A DNA stretch of 64,000 bases from IMG/VR virus record IMGVR_UViG_3300017987_000001, positions 1 to 64,000 of that record. One strand, written 5' to 3'. A program made the translations under genes and the position numbers. Shown here in pieces: positions 18,375 through 27,374 of this stretch; the stretch's first letter is position 1, and every line of letters starts with the position of its first letter. The notes under the pieces were generated by a model that was not told the DNA's origin, ran no database searches, and worked only from the letters and a program-made list of their open reading frames with translations.

Positions 18375-18567
18375 TGAGCATCACGCGCTTCTCCATCTCG
18401 ATCAGATCCAGATTGATCTCGAAGTACTCGGCGAGGAGCACTTCGATTCGCTCCGGGAGGATCACGCCCTTCTCGCACTGCAACCAGTCGAGGAAGGTTC
18501 CGATCGGCTGCGACTCGGCGTGAACCGCAGCCAGCTTGTCGTGCTCAGGGTAGACTCGCTTTGCCAT
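18331..18567 (-). CDS. hypothetical protein
   Basis: MAKRVYPEHDKL start. Confidence 0.55.
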   Translation of the reverse strand: MAKRVYPEHDKLAAVHAESQPIGTFLDWLQCEKGVILPERIEVLLAEYFEINLDLIEMEKRVMLSDCRRAHKERSHSQ

Positions 18568-18569
18568 TG

Positions 18570-18833
18570 TTATACCTTGAAGATGTGCCAGACGAACGGC
18601 GGGGTGTGTACCGTTCCAAGGTAGTCCCAATCCGCCACTTCGCGCGGCAGTTCCCATCCTGTGCCGATGATCCGAATTTCGATCTCGGTATCCGGGAACT
18701 CGGGGTCGACCAGCGCCCACAGCGTGGGCACGTCATTCTGTGCGTGTACCTTCAGTAGCCGATGCCGGGTGGGGAGCTTGACTTTCTGTACGTCCTCCAC
18801 CGTCAGCGGGTACTTGTAGATCGTCATGGCCAT
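18570..18833 (-). CDS. conserved phage hypothetical protein (DUF7352-like)
   Basis: TIYKYPL...LWALVDP...IIGTG...YLGTV..FVWHIF. Confidence 0.7.
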   Translation of the reverse strand: MAMTIYKYPLTVEDVQKVKLPTRHRLLKVHAQNDVPTLWALVDPEFPDTEIEIRIIGTGWELPREVADWDYLGTVHTPPFVWHIFKV

Positions 18834-18997
18834 ATGTACACCACGTTGGGCTTCTTCATCGCTTCTTCGCCTTCTTCCGTTTCGGCCGCGCCTTCAACTG
18901 CGCGCGCAACTCCCTGTTCTCCTTCTGTAGCTTGCGTATCTTGGCGCGCAGCTCCGGGCAGGTCTGACACGGGCCATAGAGCGATTCGAAGTAACGG

Positions 18998-19396
18998 TCA
19001 ACCCCCACGGCACGCTCCGCATCCGGAGCACGACGGGCCGCCGTATATCTCGCGCATCGCACTCCTTGTAGCAGCCACGACACGCTCATACTCCTCGTCC
19101 GTGATCATGCCCAAGTCGTGCTGCTTGGAGGCATCGATGATCTTCTCGCTGAGTATGTTGACTTCGCGCATCTTGTCGAACGTCTTCGCGGTATTGATCG
19201 CCGAGGCGAGCGTGGAGCGAATCACGAAATAGTGCATGACCGCCCAGAGCGTGATAATGATAAGCTTGTACGCGATATGCCCGGTCGGGTTAGTCGCGTG
19301 ATCTACGACGGCAATCCAGCCGAGTACCGCGAACAGTGTCGGCGCGTACAGCGACCATTTGATCAGCGTATGCATCGGATCGCGTGAAGCACTCAT
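18998..19396 (-). CDS. membrane protein (2 TM, SHOCT-like C-terminus)
   Basis: Two hydrophobic segments; G.ITDEEY motif. Confidence 0.55.
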   Translation of the reverse strand: MSASRDPMHTLIKWSLYAPTLFAVLGWIAVVDHATNPTGHIAYKLIIITLWAVMHYFVIRSTLASAINTAKTFDKMREVNILSEKIIDASKQHDLGMITDEEYERVVAATRSAMREIYGGPSCSGCGACRGG

Positions 19397-19584
19397 GTAC
19401 TCTCCTGAACTTCAACATCTTCGGGGAACACGCCATCGCAGACGAGGCCGCTACCGTGCGTGCCCTCCAAGCGATATGCGAGGCGCTGTGCCCATTTGTC
19501 CGCCTTCTCGCGCGCCGACTCCTCATCCTTTGCTTCGATGGTAAGATCGGCGTGCATCGGTACCTGTACGAGGTACTGCTTCAT
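19393..19584 (-). CDS. small hypothetical protein
   Basis: ATGA coupling at both ends. Confidence 0.55.
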   Translation of the reverse strand: MKQYLVQVPMHADLTIEAKDEESAREKADKWAQRLAYRLEGTHGSGLVCDGVFPEDVEVQEST

Positions 19585-19955
19585 ACTTCCACCTCGCTAC
19601 TCTGTGCTGATTCCGCCAGTCCCGAGCAAACGGCGCGAACGAACGCTGCGACTTCGTCCACGAAGTCCAGCACCTGCTGCGCCGTCTCGAACTTCCGATG
19701 CTGGTAACGAATGCGCGTGCCCGCAACCCAGAAGTGGTGACCGTCCGAGCGCAGGGATTCATACCGTGAGGTCAGCCCCGCCTGCTTTGCGAGGAAATGC
19801 ACGATGCCCGGAATGATGCTCGACGACCCGGTCGACGGCTGCACCTGCAGCACCTTCGGCTCGGGATCGTTCCAGCGCTTCATCTCCACGCGGACGTATT
19901 CGCCACGAACGTACGCGGTCGTGGCTACGGTTGCTTGAGGTTTGTAGGTTCCCAC
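19581..19955 (-). CDS. hypothetical protein
   Basis: GAGGAG SD, GTG start. Confidence 0.55.
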   Translation of the reverse strand: MGTYKPQATVATTAYVRGEYVRVEMKRWNDPEPKVLQVQPSTGSSSIIPGIVHFLAKQAGLTSRYESLRSDGHHFWVAGTRIRYQHRKFETAQQVLDFVDEVAAFVRAVCSGLAESAQSSEVEV

Positions 19956-20596
19956 TCAGGCTCCTCCATGAGTTGGATTGACTCCAACTTCTGTCGGATC
20001 TCAGCAAGCCTGTTGCTTGCTTCCATCCTAGGCTTCTCGATGACCGTGTCAACCATGTCACCGTGCCCCTCTGCTATCAGCTCGCCCTCGTCCTGCACGA
20101 GCTGATCGAGCTTGGTTTGAAGCTGATGGTACTCCTCAGCCAGCTTCATTGCGGTCTGCTTGCCCAAGTGCCTTCCTTTCTTGTCGAATCGTTCGATGGC
20201 CGCGCGCACGTCGGAGTAATCGCCAGAATACTCCTCATATGACACACACCGCTCCGGACGATAGTCCATCCACGGCGCTGCCCTATTGAGCAGTGCTACC
20301 AGCTCTGCAATCTCCTCCTCGCGACGGCCATGCTGATGGCCGCACGCCGACAAGTCACCCTTCAGTTCCTCGATCTCCTGTTCCTGCTCTTCCATGGCTT
20401 TCCGGAGTTCGATAGCCTCGTTGAGCAACTTGACGATGTATTCGGCCTTGCGCTTGTCTTCGTTGAAGTAGCAGTAGACGTAACCGACTTGGCGGTCGTC
20501 CGCATCAACAAGGCACCATCCGTGCCCCTGCACGGGCTTCCGCCACATGCGAATGGGGAACGTGATCTTGTACCCGATGTTCGATAGGTCTTTCAT
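19925..20596 (-). CDS. coiled-coil hypothetical protein
   Basis: 223 aa, ATGA coupling. Confidence 0.65.
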   Translation of the reverse strand: MKDLSNIGYKITFPIRMWRKPVQGHGWCLVDADDRQVGYVYCYFNEDKRKAEYIVKLLNEAIELRKAMEEQEQEIEELKGDLSACGHQHGRREEEIAELVALLNRAAPWMDYRPERCVSYEEYSGDYSDVRAAIERFDKKGRHLGKQTAMKLAEEYHQLQTKLDQLVQDEGELIAEGHGDMVDTVIEKPRMEASNRLAEIRQKLESIQLMEEPEWEPTNLKQP

Positions 20597-20904
20597 GCCA
20601 GTCGATCCAATGCATCGCCGAGCCGTACCACCTGCTTGGGGTTCAGCTTGCGCACCAGCTCGTCGGCGAGCTTGGGGTAGGCGTACCGGATCGCATCGAT
20701 CAGCCCGGGGTGGTGCTCTATATGCTGCAGCTGTGGGTTTTCGAGCGGGACGCTTACCGACTGCGATCGCGAGTTACCCCATCGAGCTACCGCATAGAGG
20801 TAGTTGTAGCTGCCCATGTTGCACGCGTACAGATCGTCATCGCCGTGCATGCCGACGAACTGGCAGTACGTGCAATCATGTTCGTAACGCGGGGCACCCC
20901 TCAT
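20593..20904 (-). CDS. hypothetical protein with C-terminal GDALDRLA motif
   Basis: PRYEHDCTYC.F.G....DLY.C N-terminal domain. Confidence 0.7.
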   Translation of the reverse strand: MRGAPRYEHDCTYCQFVGMHGDDDLYACNMGSYNYLYAVARWGNSRSQSVSVPLENPQLQHIEHHPGLIDAIRYAYPKLADELVRKLNPKQVVRLGDALDRLA

Positions 20905-21185
20905 TTCGCCTTCTTCTTCGCCTTCTTCTTATGCTCCAGCTGCGAGCGAAGCGGCTCGGCCTTCTTGATCAGCTGGTAGACACCGTTGAGATGGATCCAC
21001 AACTCGGGCTTGTTGGACTGCAGTGCATCGCGCATCGCCTGCTTGAACGCGGCGGTCACTGCAACCCACGCCGGGATGTCGCCCTGATACTTCTCGCAGA
21101 CGTCGCAGCGTTGGATCTCATCGCGTTCGAGCGTACTGGAGTAGACCCAGCCGGTTCCTTCACACGCCTTGCACGTGACGCTCAT
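20901..21185 (-). CDS. zinc-ribbon protein with Lys-rich tail
   Basis: CKAC...CDVC; KKKAKKKAK. Confidence 0.65.
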   Translation of the reverse strand: MSVTCKACEGTGWVYSSTLERDEIQRCDVCEKYQGDIPAWVAVTAAFKQAMRDALQSNKPELWIHLNGVYQLIKKAEPLRSQLEHKKKAKKKAK

Positions 21186-21496
21186 TTCAGCCTTTCCAAG
21201 GCATCGCCGAGAACGGTCCTCGCGGCCTTGATCAGCCCGTCCTCCATCATGCGCGAGAGCGGGCCGAGGTAGAACACACGCCGATCGTGCTCGTCGGCGA
21301 AGAACGTGCGCTTCTCGGTCGAGTAGATGTGCCGCAGTTTCGACCCCGGGTGGTAAACGCGCCCGCCGATGCTTACCGGCGAGGGCAATCTTCCCCCGTA
21401 CTTGAGCCGCGTTGCGGTCTTCAGCTCGTACACTGGGGCCATCGAGCTGATGGGGATGAACTTGACGAGCTCATCCCCGCGAATGGTGCTAGCCAT
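21182..21496 (-). CDS. paralog family A member 4, C-terminal GDALERLK
   Basis: GGRLPSP...Y.PG..LRHI.ST..FFADE shared with neighbours. Confidence 0.7.
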   Translation of the reverse strand: MASTIRGDELVKFIPISSMAPVYELKTATRLKYGGRLPSPVSIGGRVYHPGSKLRHIYSTEKRTFFADEHDRRVFYLGPLSRMMEDGLIKAARTVLGDALERLK

Positions 21497-21801
21497 TACG
21501 CAAGCCTTTCCAGCGCATCGCCGAGAATGACGCCTACCTGTTCGAACCGACCAGTCCTGAGCGTGTCTTCGAGCTGCCCGCACAGGAAGCAGCGGCGCTG
21601 CTCCTCGTCTGCGAACACGGTGACGTGCTTCGTCGACGCGATGTGTCGCAATATCACACCCGGCTCGTAGCGACGAGATCCCTCGTTCAGCGGATCGGGC
21701 AGCGTGCCGCCCACGTACATGACCGTTCGCTTCAGCACCCGATACATCGGCGCACCGTCGGGAATGGGTGTACGATTGACACGACAGGTAAGGCTAGACA
21801 T
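21496..21801 (-). CDS. paralog family A member 3, C-terminal GDALERLA
   Basis: GGTLPDP...YEPGVILRHIAST..VFADE. Confidence 0.7.
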   Translation of the reverse strand: MSSLTCRVNRTPIPDGAPMYRVLKRTVMYVGGTLPDPLNEGSRRYEPGVILRHIASTKHVTVFADEEQRRCFLCGQLEDTLRTGRFEQVGVILGDALERLA

Positions 21802-22168
21802 CACGCAACCTTTCCAGCGCGTCCCCGATGATGTACTTGGGGGGTACCGCCTCAAGATAGCCGTCACTGATGAGGGCGCTGATGCCATAATTGTAGGTGA
21901 GGTAGCCGATGCGCCCTACGTCGTACGCGAAGAAGACGTAGATGCCCGTGTAGCCGATGTACCCGATGATGGTTCCCGGGTCGAGGTAGTAGCTGTCAGC
22001 TGCTACCGGTTCGGGCAGGCGCCCGCCGCGCAACGCCCGCAGCGCGCTCAATACCCGGTAGCGCTTCACGTCGCCCGGGACTTCGAGCGTGTCGACATTG
22101 CAGCGCTTATCCGACAAGTCCAGCGGATCGGCGGCTTGCGCAGGTCCGGAACTTGGTGCGATGTCCAT
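21794..22168 (-). CDS. paralog family A member 2, C-terminal GDALERLRDV
   Basis: RCNV..LEV....YRVL...GGRLPEP. Confidence 0.7.
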   Translation of the reverse strand: MDIAPSSGPAQAADPLDLSDKRCNVDTLEVPGDVKRYRVLSALRALRGGRLPEPVAADSYYLDPGTIIGYIGYTGIYVFFAYDVGRIGYLTYNYGISALISDGYLEAVPPKYIIGDALERLRDV

Positions 22169-22497
22169 TACTTCAACCTTTCCAATGCGTCACCAACGAA
22201 GTTTGGCGGATTCACGTGCTTGAGGTGGTTGTAATTCACGAGCGACTCGACGCCGCCCGCCTCGTAGCAGTAGCAGCGGATGCCCGTATTCACGGTCGAG
22301 AAGAAGTGATAGTACCCCGCCGTGCCGAGATAGCGCAGCTTCTCGTCGCGCTTGACGAATATGTAGGTACTGCTCGACGGCAGGGGTAGGAAGCCGTTGG
22401 TGCCCAACCGCATCTCCGTCAGCACTTGAAGCCACGGTGCGTCCTCGTGCACCTCCAGCTCATTGACGTCGCAGCGCAGCGTCGTCAGATCCTGCAT
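22168..22497 (-). CDS. paralog family A member 1, C-terminal GDALERLK
   Basis: RCDVNELEV..DAP..QVL...G.LPLP. Confidence 0.7.
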   Translation of the reverse strand: MQDLTTLRCDVNELEVHEDAPWLQVLTEMRLGTNGFLPLPSSSTYIFVKRDEKLRYLGTAGYYHFFSTVNTGIRCYCYEAGGVESLVNYNHLKHVNPPNFVGDALERLK

Positions 22498-22793
22498 CAG
22501 TCATTCTTTCCTTGTATGAGCGCCGGGTCGGTCCTCACGCTGAGGAGTCCGTCGATGCCGTAGATGTACCACGTGTTGCAATGCGTGCAGATGCAGTACT
22601 GCAACCCCGGTGCCATTGGTGCGTCTGTTTCGATTCGTTCTATCTCGTCCGGCCTGCGGAACTGCTGCAGTGCGTTGCAGATCGCGCAGTACTCGCGGAA
22701 GTTCCACCAGTCCTTGATGCCCTGCCAGAGAGACCGATCGTCGCGCTTCTGGAACCGGAGGGTTTGCGCCTGTATGAAGTCGAACAGGTCCAT
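22497..22793 (-). CDS. zinc-ribbon protein
   Basis: CAIC...CTHC; AGGAG SD. Confidence 0.6.
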   Translation of the reverse strand: MDLFDFIQAQTLRFQKRDDRSLWQGIKDWWNFREYCAICNALQQFRRPDEIERIETDAPMAPGLQYCICTHCNTWYIYGIDGLLSVRTDPALIQGKND

Positions 22794-22795
22794 GG

Positions 22796-23005
22796 CTACT
22801 CCTGCTTCCTGCGCGCGGCGAAGCCGAGCAACAGGACCATTCCGATCAGTGCGGTCGCCGCTGGCAGCGCCGTCCACACTTGGTTGCCGCCGTTCGGCCC
22901 CGCCGAGTTGTAGTGCATCACCGCCACCATGCCCAAGGACATGACGATGACGATTGCCGTTACGGCGAGCATGCCGTTCTTGAAGTCATCACTTTGTCCG
23001 TACAC
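22796..23005 (-). CDS. small membrane protein (2 TM)
   Basis: Hydrophobic segments; AAAGGA SD. Confidence 0.5.
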   Translation of the reverse strand: MYGQSDDFKNGMLAVTAIVIVMSLGMVAVMHYNSAGPNGGNQVWTALPAATALIGMVLLLGFAARRKQE

Positions 23006-23006
23006 G

Positions 23007-23210
23007 TCACTTGTCCTTTCTCGGGAAGACGGCGTAGATGATCCCGCCCAGTACCGGTATGCCGAAAATGATACCAAGCATGATCGCGGCGCCCGGTTCT
23101 CTGCTACACAACTCGACTACCGTGTAACCTATGGCGACGACGATCACCACGACGGCCAACGCGCAGAATGTTTTCAAGCCTCCTTCAACAAACTGATCCC
23201 AGAAGCTCAC
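23007..23210 (-). CDS. small membrane protein (2 TM)
   Basis: GTGA coupling, GGAGG SD. Confidence 0.55.
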   Translation of the reverse strand: MSFWDQFVEGGLKTFCALAVVVIVVAIGYTVVELCSREPGAAIMLGIIFGIPVLGGIIYAVFPRKDK

Positions 23211-23587
23211 TTGAGTACCTCCAGCTCCGCCACACCATCGTGGCACCACCAATCGAGCACGCCATCGTTGTGGGCGGAGTCGAAGTTGATCTCGCTATTG
23301 ATCCGGCGCATTCGCGTGGCGAAGATCTGCCGCGTGGTGAGCGACAGTTCGATGTCTTCGCGATCGTCGATGAGCTTGAAGTAGCTCTTCAGCGCCGCGT
23401 GCTCGGCGATGATCTCCGCGCCCTCTTCCTGCTCGACGATCATGACGACGCCCATGATGAACAGGACGCAGGCGCCGACCGATGCGAGCATGACGCCGGT
23501 GACGTGCCACCATTCGTACGTCTCGTAATTGACGGCGCAGTAGATGCCGATGAGCAGCATCACGAGCGGGATGGCCAGAATGATCAT
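23207..23587 (-). CDS. membrane protein (2 TM)
   Basis: ATGA coupling; hydrophobic N-terminus. Confidence 0.6.
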   Translation of the reverse strand: MIILAIPLVMLLIGIYCAVNYETYEWWHVTGVMLASVGACVLFIMGVVMIVEQEEGAEIIAEHAALKSYFKLIDDREDIELSLTTRQIFATRMRRINSEINFDSAHNDGVLDWWCHDGVAELEVLK

Positions 23588-24165
23588 CCCTGCCCCTTCA
23601 TGACTTCGTCCGCCGCAGGGCACTCACCCTGCGAGCGGCAGAAGCGTTCGATGCGTATCACCAGATTGATCCCGAGAACCCTCATGTTCTGGTCCGGGCT
23701 GTTCGCCAACGCGCCTGCGGCGAGCGCGACGAACGCCATGACGTCGTCGAACTCCCGCATGACGCCTGCCGCCGTCGCCAGCAGCATCACCTCGTCGAAG
23801 GAATCCACGGCGCATTGCCACAGTTCCTTGTCCAGAGGATCCTTGCCCTCGACCTTCAGCGGCGGCGGGAACGAGGTGAACGCCCGGCTGATCCTGCGCA
23901 GCACCGCCCACGTGAGACGGGTCGCTGCGGCGTAGGATTCGATCTTGTCCACCGCCTCCGTGATCGACATGTTCTCGTCCGGCTTATCGAGCACCAGCTC
24001 TCCGAAGGCGACCTTCGCGCCTTCGAAGTGCACGTCCTCGGCGATGTCGGTGGGCAGCTTCTTGAGTGTCTCGGCGTAGTCCTTGTCGCACATGTTGAAG
24101 TGTGCGCGCATTTCGGCGGGAGCGCCGCATACGATGCACTTCATATCGTTCGGTTCTTCTCCCAT
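23584..24165 (-). CDS. hypothetical protein
   Basis: CIVC N-terminus; TAATG coupling. Confidence 0.65.
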   Translation of the reverse strand: MGEEPNDMKCIVCGAPAEMRAHFNMCDKDYAETLKKLPTDIAEDVHFEGAKVAFGELVLDKPDENMSITEAVDKIESYAAATRLTWAVLRRISRAFTSFPPPLKVEGKDPLDKELWQCAVDSFDEVMLLATAAGVMREFDDVMAFVALAAGALANSPDQNMRVLGINLVIRIERFCRSQGECPAADEVMKGQG

Positions 24166-24473
24166 TAGTCTCCGTCCATCTCATCGAAGTCCTTGAGTGC
24201 GGCGAGGATGCGAGCCTTCTGCTCGGGCGTGGTCTTCTGATGAATGATCTCGCCCTTCTCCTCGTCCCACCCGACCGTGAACTCGCCCTGCTGCATCATG
24301 GCCAGCAGCCAGATGCTGACCTTGGCGAGGTCGAACTCTTCGATGATCTTTTCGAGGTTCCCGTGTGTCTCCCCGCCGTCCTTGCACGTCGCGGCGGAGA
24401 AGAGTCCCGCGAATTCGCGCGGCTCCAAGAACTGCGCCTTTGCTAGCAGGTCCGCCGGATTTGGCGCGACCAT
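24165..24473 (-). CDS. hypothetical protein
   Basis: GGAGG SD. Confidence 0.6.
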   Translation of the reverse strand: MVAPNPADLLAKAQFLEPREFAGLFSAATCKDGGETHGNLEKIIEEFDLAKVSIWLLAMMQQGEFTVGWDEEKGEIIHQKTTPEQKARILAALKDFDEMDGD

Positions 24474-24794
24474 CTATGCCTCCATTCCTAGTTCAACCTG
24501 AATTCGGTGCGCGCGGTCGGACAGCTCTTCCCATCCGCCCCGGCGCAGGTCGGCAGCCGTCTCCTTGCACTTCTCCCACGATCGGGCGCTCATTGGCTCC
24601 ACGCGAACGCTGGCTACCCACTGCTCCGGGTTGCGGATGCTTTCGCTCCACGATACGGATTGCACTTCGCGGCTGTTGATGGACTCGCCGACGCGCGGTA
24701 CTGCGGGCATCTCCGTGTCCCGGCACATGATGAGCGCCGCCATGCCGTCTTCGTTGGCGATCGGGAGCTGGATGGTGACCATTACAGCGCCCAC
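24474..24794 (-). CDS. hypothetical protein
   Basis: GGAGG SD; abuts the next gene. Confidence 0.55.
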   Translation of the reverse strand: MGAVMVTIQLPIANEDGMAALIMCRDTEMPAVPRVGESINSREVQSVSWSESIRNPEQWVASVRVEPMSARSWEKCKETAADLRRGGWEELSDRAHRIQVELGMEA

Positions 24795-25276
24795 AGGTCA
24801 TCCTCCGTGAAGGAGAACCCGCTCAGTGCGGTGTGGATGTCGATCATCACGCGCGACTCGGCCGTGTCGATCTCCACCACCCCGTCGTTGAACGTGTACT
24901 TCACCTGCTGTACCTGCGTCTGCCCCTTGGCGAACGCGACGCCGGAGCGGGTGACGCGCCAGAAGCCCCGGCGTCCCCTGACCGAGTTCGGGCACTCTTC
25001 GATCAAGCCCCAGTACTTCAGACGGGGCCAGTCCCGACCGGTCTTGACGCCGAGCTTGTTGAGTAGGCGGGTGACGTGTATCCACTCGTCCGCCGGGTAC
25101 TTCTCGCGGTACTTGCACATGAGGACGAGTACCTTCGCCATGTCGCGATTGAAGCGCCTGCGGTCGGCGTGACAGCGCTTGCTGCAGCAGGGGCACTTCA
25201 CGGTGCGTCTTGAGCTTACCGCACGCCGCACATACTCCACGGCGTCGGCAAGCAGTGTGATCTTCGGCCTTCCCAT
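24782..25276 (-). CDS. zinc-ribbon plus winged-helix-like phage protein
   Basis: CPCC, LKYWGLIE, G.WRVT.SG..F. Confidence 0.65.
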   Translation of the reverse strand: MGRPKITLLADAVEYVRRAVSSRRTVKCPCCSKRCHADRRRFNRDMAKVLVLMCKYREKYPADEWIHVTRLLNKLGVKTGRDWPRLKYWGLIEECPNSVRGRRGFWRVTRSGVAFAKGQTQVQQVKYTFNDGVVEIDTAESRVMIDIHTALSGFSFTEDDLWAL

Positions 25277-25311
25277 CTATTGCTCCTTGATCTCCAGCAG
25301 GTATGTCGGAA

Positions 25312-26733
25312 TCACTTGCGAACCCTGTATAGGTGCCGTAGTGCTTGTTCATCCACATCCGGCCCCTTCTCGAACGGTCCGCGCCATTTCACGATCATCT
25401 TCGCATTGCGGAGGGGTGTTACAGTGCCGCACTCCTTACATGGCTCCACCTTCAGCAACTCCTTGATGGTGCGCCGCTTGTCACAGTTGGGACAGTAGCG
25501 ATACCTCACCTTGTGGCGCTGGACGCTGACTCTGTGGTCCAGCTTCGTTCCGGTGCCGGTCGCTATCTGGTCCCGTATCCGCAGTACGTAGTCGTTGCGC
25601 ACTTCGGTCACGTGATACGGCTTGGGCGGATTCTTTCTCTTGACCTTCGATGAGCCGGTATACTGCCGGGTCTGCAGCTCGTAGGTGATGTTCTTCGACA
25701 TCAGGTACTTTATGATTCGCAGCGGCATCCGCGTTTCGGTGGCCGTTCTCAGATCTTCGCCACCAAGAGTAAGCAGCACGATGCCATCGTCGTCGTATCC
25801 CTGATACGCTTCAGGCGCGTACCACGTACTCTGGTTTGGGACGGTGTATGTATTTGCCGTGGTCGTAATCTTCTTACGCAGTTTCAACATCCCACGATAG
25901 GCATGCCGCACGTTATCCGCCATCAGGTACAGATCGCAGAAGGACCAGCCGCCGTAGTCGACAGCGCCTCGATGTGCTGGTTCCACCCATACACTCTTGA
26001 ATGGCAATTCCAGCGGCTCATCGCTGGGGTACACGACCGTGTTCTCGATCGCATTCAATAGCTCATTGTCGAGGATGAAGAGCTTGGCCTTGAGAAGCGC
26101 TATGTGGCTCTCTATGATCACCCACTGGTCTACGATACCGTTCCGCTGGTCTCTCGGGATATCTAGCTCTTTCGATCCAGCGATTTCCCCGCAGCAGTGC
26201 AGTGTCACGCTGGTTATCCATGACATATAGACGCTCAGCGACGCACGTGTCAGTTCCACCGCTCGCGTGCCGTGCTTGCCTATTGTTGTGGGGATTATGA
26301 GGGCGTCGCCACGCAACTGCTTGCCCGCAGCTGTTTCCGCTGAGTGCACCTCTACGCCGCTCTCCTCCATCTTCGCTACCACTTTTTTGCCGCTCCCCAG
26401 CAGCGGAGCTGTAAATGCGTGTACCAAGCTCAGCTGGGTCTGCGTAGTTGTGATATACCCCTCCGGCCCGGCTATTCCGGCCAGTCCGGCTATGAGCTGC
26501 GCCTGTAGGAACAGGAACTTCTCTTTTGGCGTCATGAGATGCATTGCTCGGCTGAGCGGGAGCATGACCGTGGCAAGGATGAGGATTGCATTCGTCTGCT
26601 CTGTGGTCGTCACCTTGGCATCTATGAGCTTGCTCATCGCATTTATTCGATTTGTGGTTTCGTCCTCCGAACACTCTCGATCTACCGATCGTATTAGTTC
26701 GGCGATCGTATCATCGTAGTTGAGTGTCCTCAC
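25312..26733 (-). CDS. hypothetical protein with C-terminal H.V..H zinc-ribbon region
   Basis: 473 aa; HRVSVQRH...CPNC...CKEC...WRGPF.KGP; visibly more AT-rich codons than the neighbours. Confidence 0.7.
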   Translation of the reverse strand: MRTLNYDDTIAELIRSVDRECSEDETTNRINAMSKLIDAKVTTTEQTNAILILATVMLPLSRAMHLMTPKEKFLFLQAQLIAGLAGIAGPEGYITTTQTQLSLVHAFTAPLLGSGKKVVAKMEESGVEVHSAETAAGKQLRGDALIIPTTIGKHGTRAVELTRASLSVYMSWITSVTLHCCGEIAGSKELDIPRDQRNGIVDQWVIIESHIALLKAKLFILDNELLNAIENTVVYPSDEPLELPFKSVWVEPAHRGAVDYGGWSFCDLYLMADNVRHAYRGMLKLRKKITTTANTYTVPNQSTWYAPEAYQGYDDDGIVLLTLGGEDLRTATETRMPLRIIKYLMSKNITYELQTRQYTGSSKVKRKNPPKPYHVTEVRNDYVLRIRDQIATGTGTKLDHRVSVQRHKVRYRYCPNCDKRRTIKELLKVEPCKECGTVTPLRNAKMIVKWRGPFEKGPDVDEQALRHLYRVRK

Positions 26734-26858
26734 GTTGAGTCACCCCCCATCTCCCAGTCTGTATATAGTATGGTCCAAGCACTCTACGGGCGTAGAATGC
26801 TATCGCGCCCCCGTCACCAGCCTGTGTAGACGTCAGCATCGCTAACGCCAGCCGGTAC

Positions 26859-27374
26859 TTACGACGGGGCAGCTCTGAGGTTGTTGCTGACGGCGATTCG
26901 GCCGTTTCCGGGGCGATACTTCTTGGCGAGGTAGGCAGTGCCGCGCATGTAGGGTTTGTAGATCTCGACCAGTCCGTCACCGGCGAGTCGGGACCAAGCC
27001 TGCTGTGCGAACTCCGGCGTCAGCGTTCTGCCGAAGGGCGCGATGACTGGTCCGTGCCCGATCAGGACATGGTAGTGGATCACATCCCTGCGCTGCAGTT
27101 CCTCCCCGCGAACCCAGCGTAGCCCCGTGTGATGCTTCCAATACGTCTGGCCGTACAGCCGCCTGTTGAGCTTGTGAATCAGTTTGTGGAAAGCGTCCTC
27201 CGCACGACGACAGGAGGGAGTACCGCGAAACGTGAGGTGGCCGTAGAGATCCCACGAATACCGCCGTAGGAACTGGTCCCATGCTTCGATGTACTCATTG
27301 ACGTCAAGACTCACCGACGCTTCCCGATGCAGCTCCGCGAGGAACAACTCTAGACTTTGTGAGGTCTGTGTCAA
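26859..27374 (-). CDS. HUH endonuclease, rolling-circle Rep-like
   Basis: Motif I HLTFR, motif II E.QRR.VIHYHVLI, motif III YLAK. Confidence 0.75.
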   Translation of the reverse strand: MTQTSQSLELFLAELHREASVSLDVNEYIEAWDQFLRRYSWDLYGHLTFRGTPSCRRAEDAFHKLIHKLNRRLYGQTYWKHHTGLRWVRGEELQRRDVIHYHVLIGHGPVIAPFGRTLTPEFAQQAWSRLAGDGLVEIYKPYMRGTAYLAKKYRPGNGRIAVSNNLRAAPS

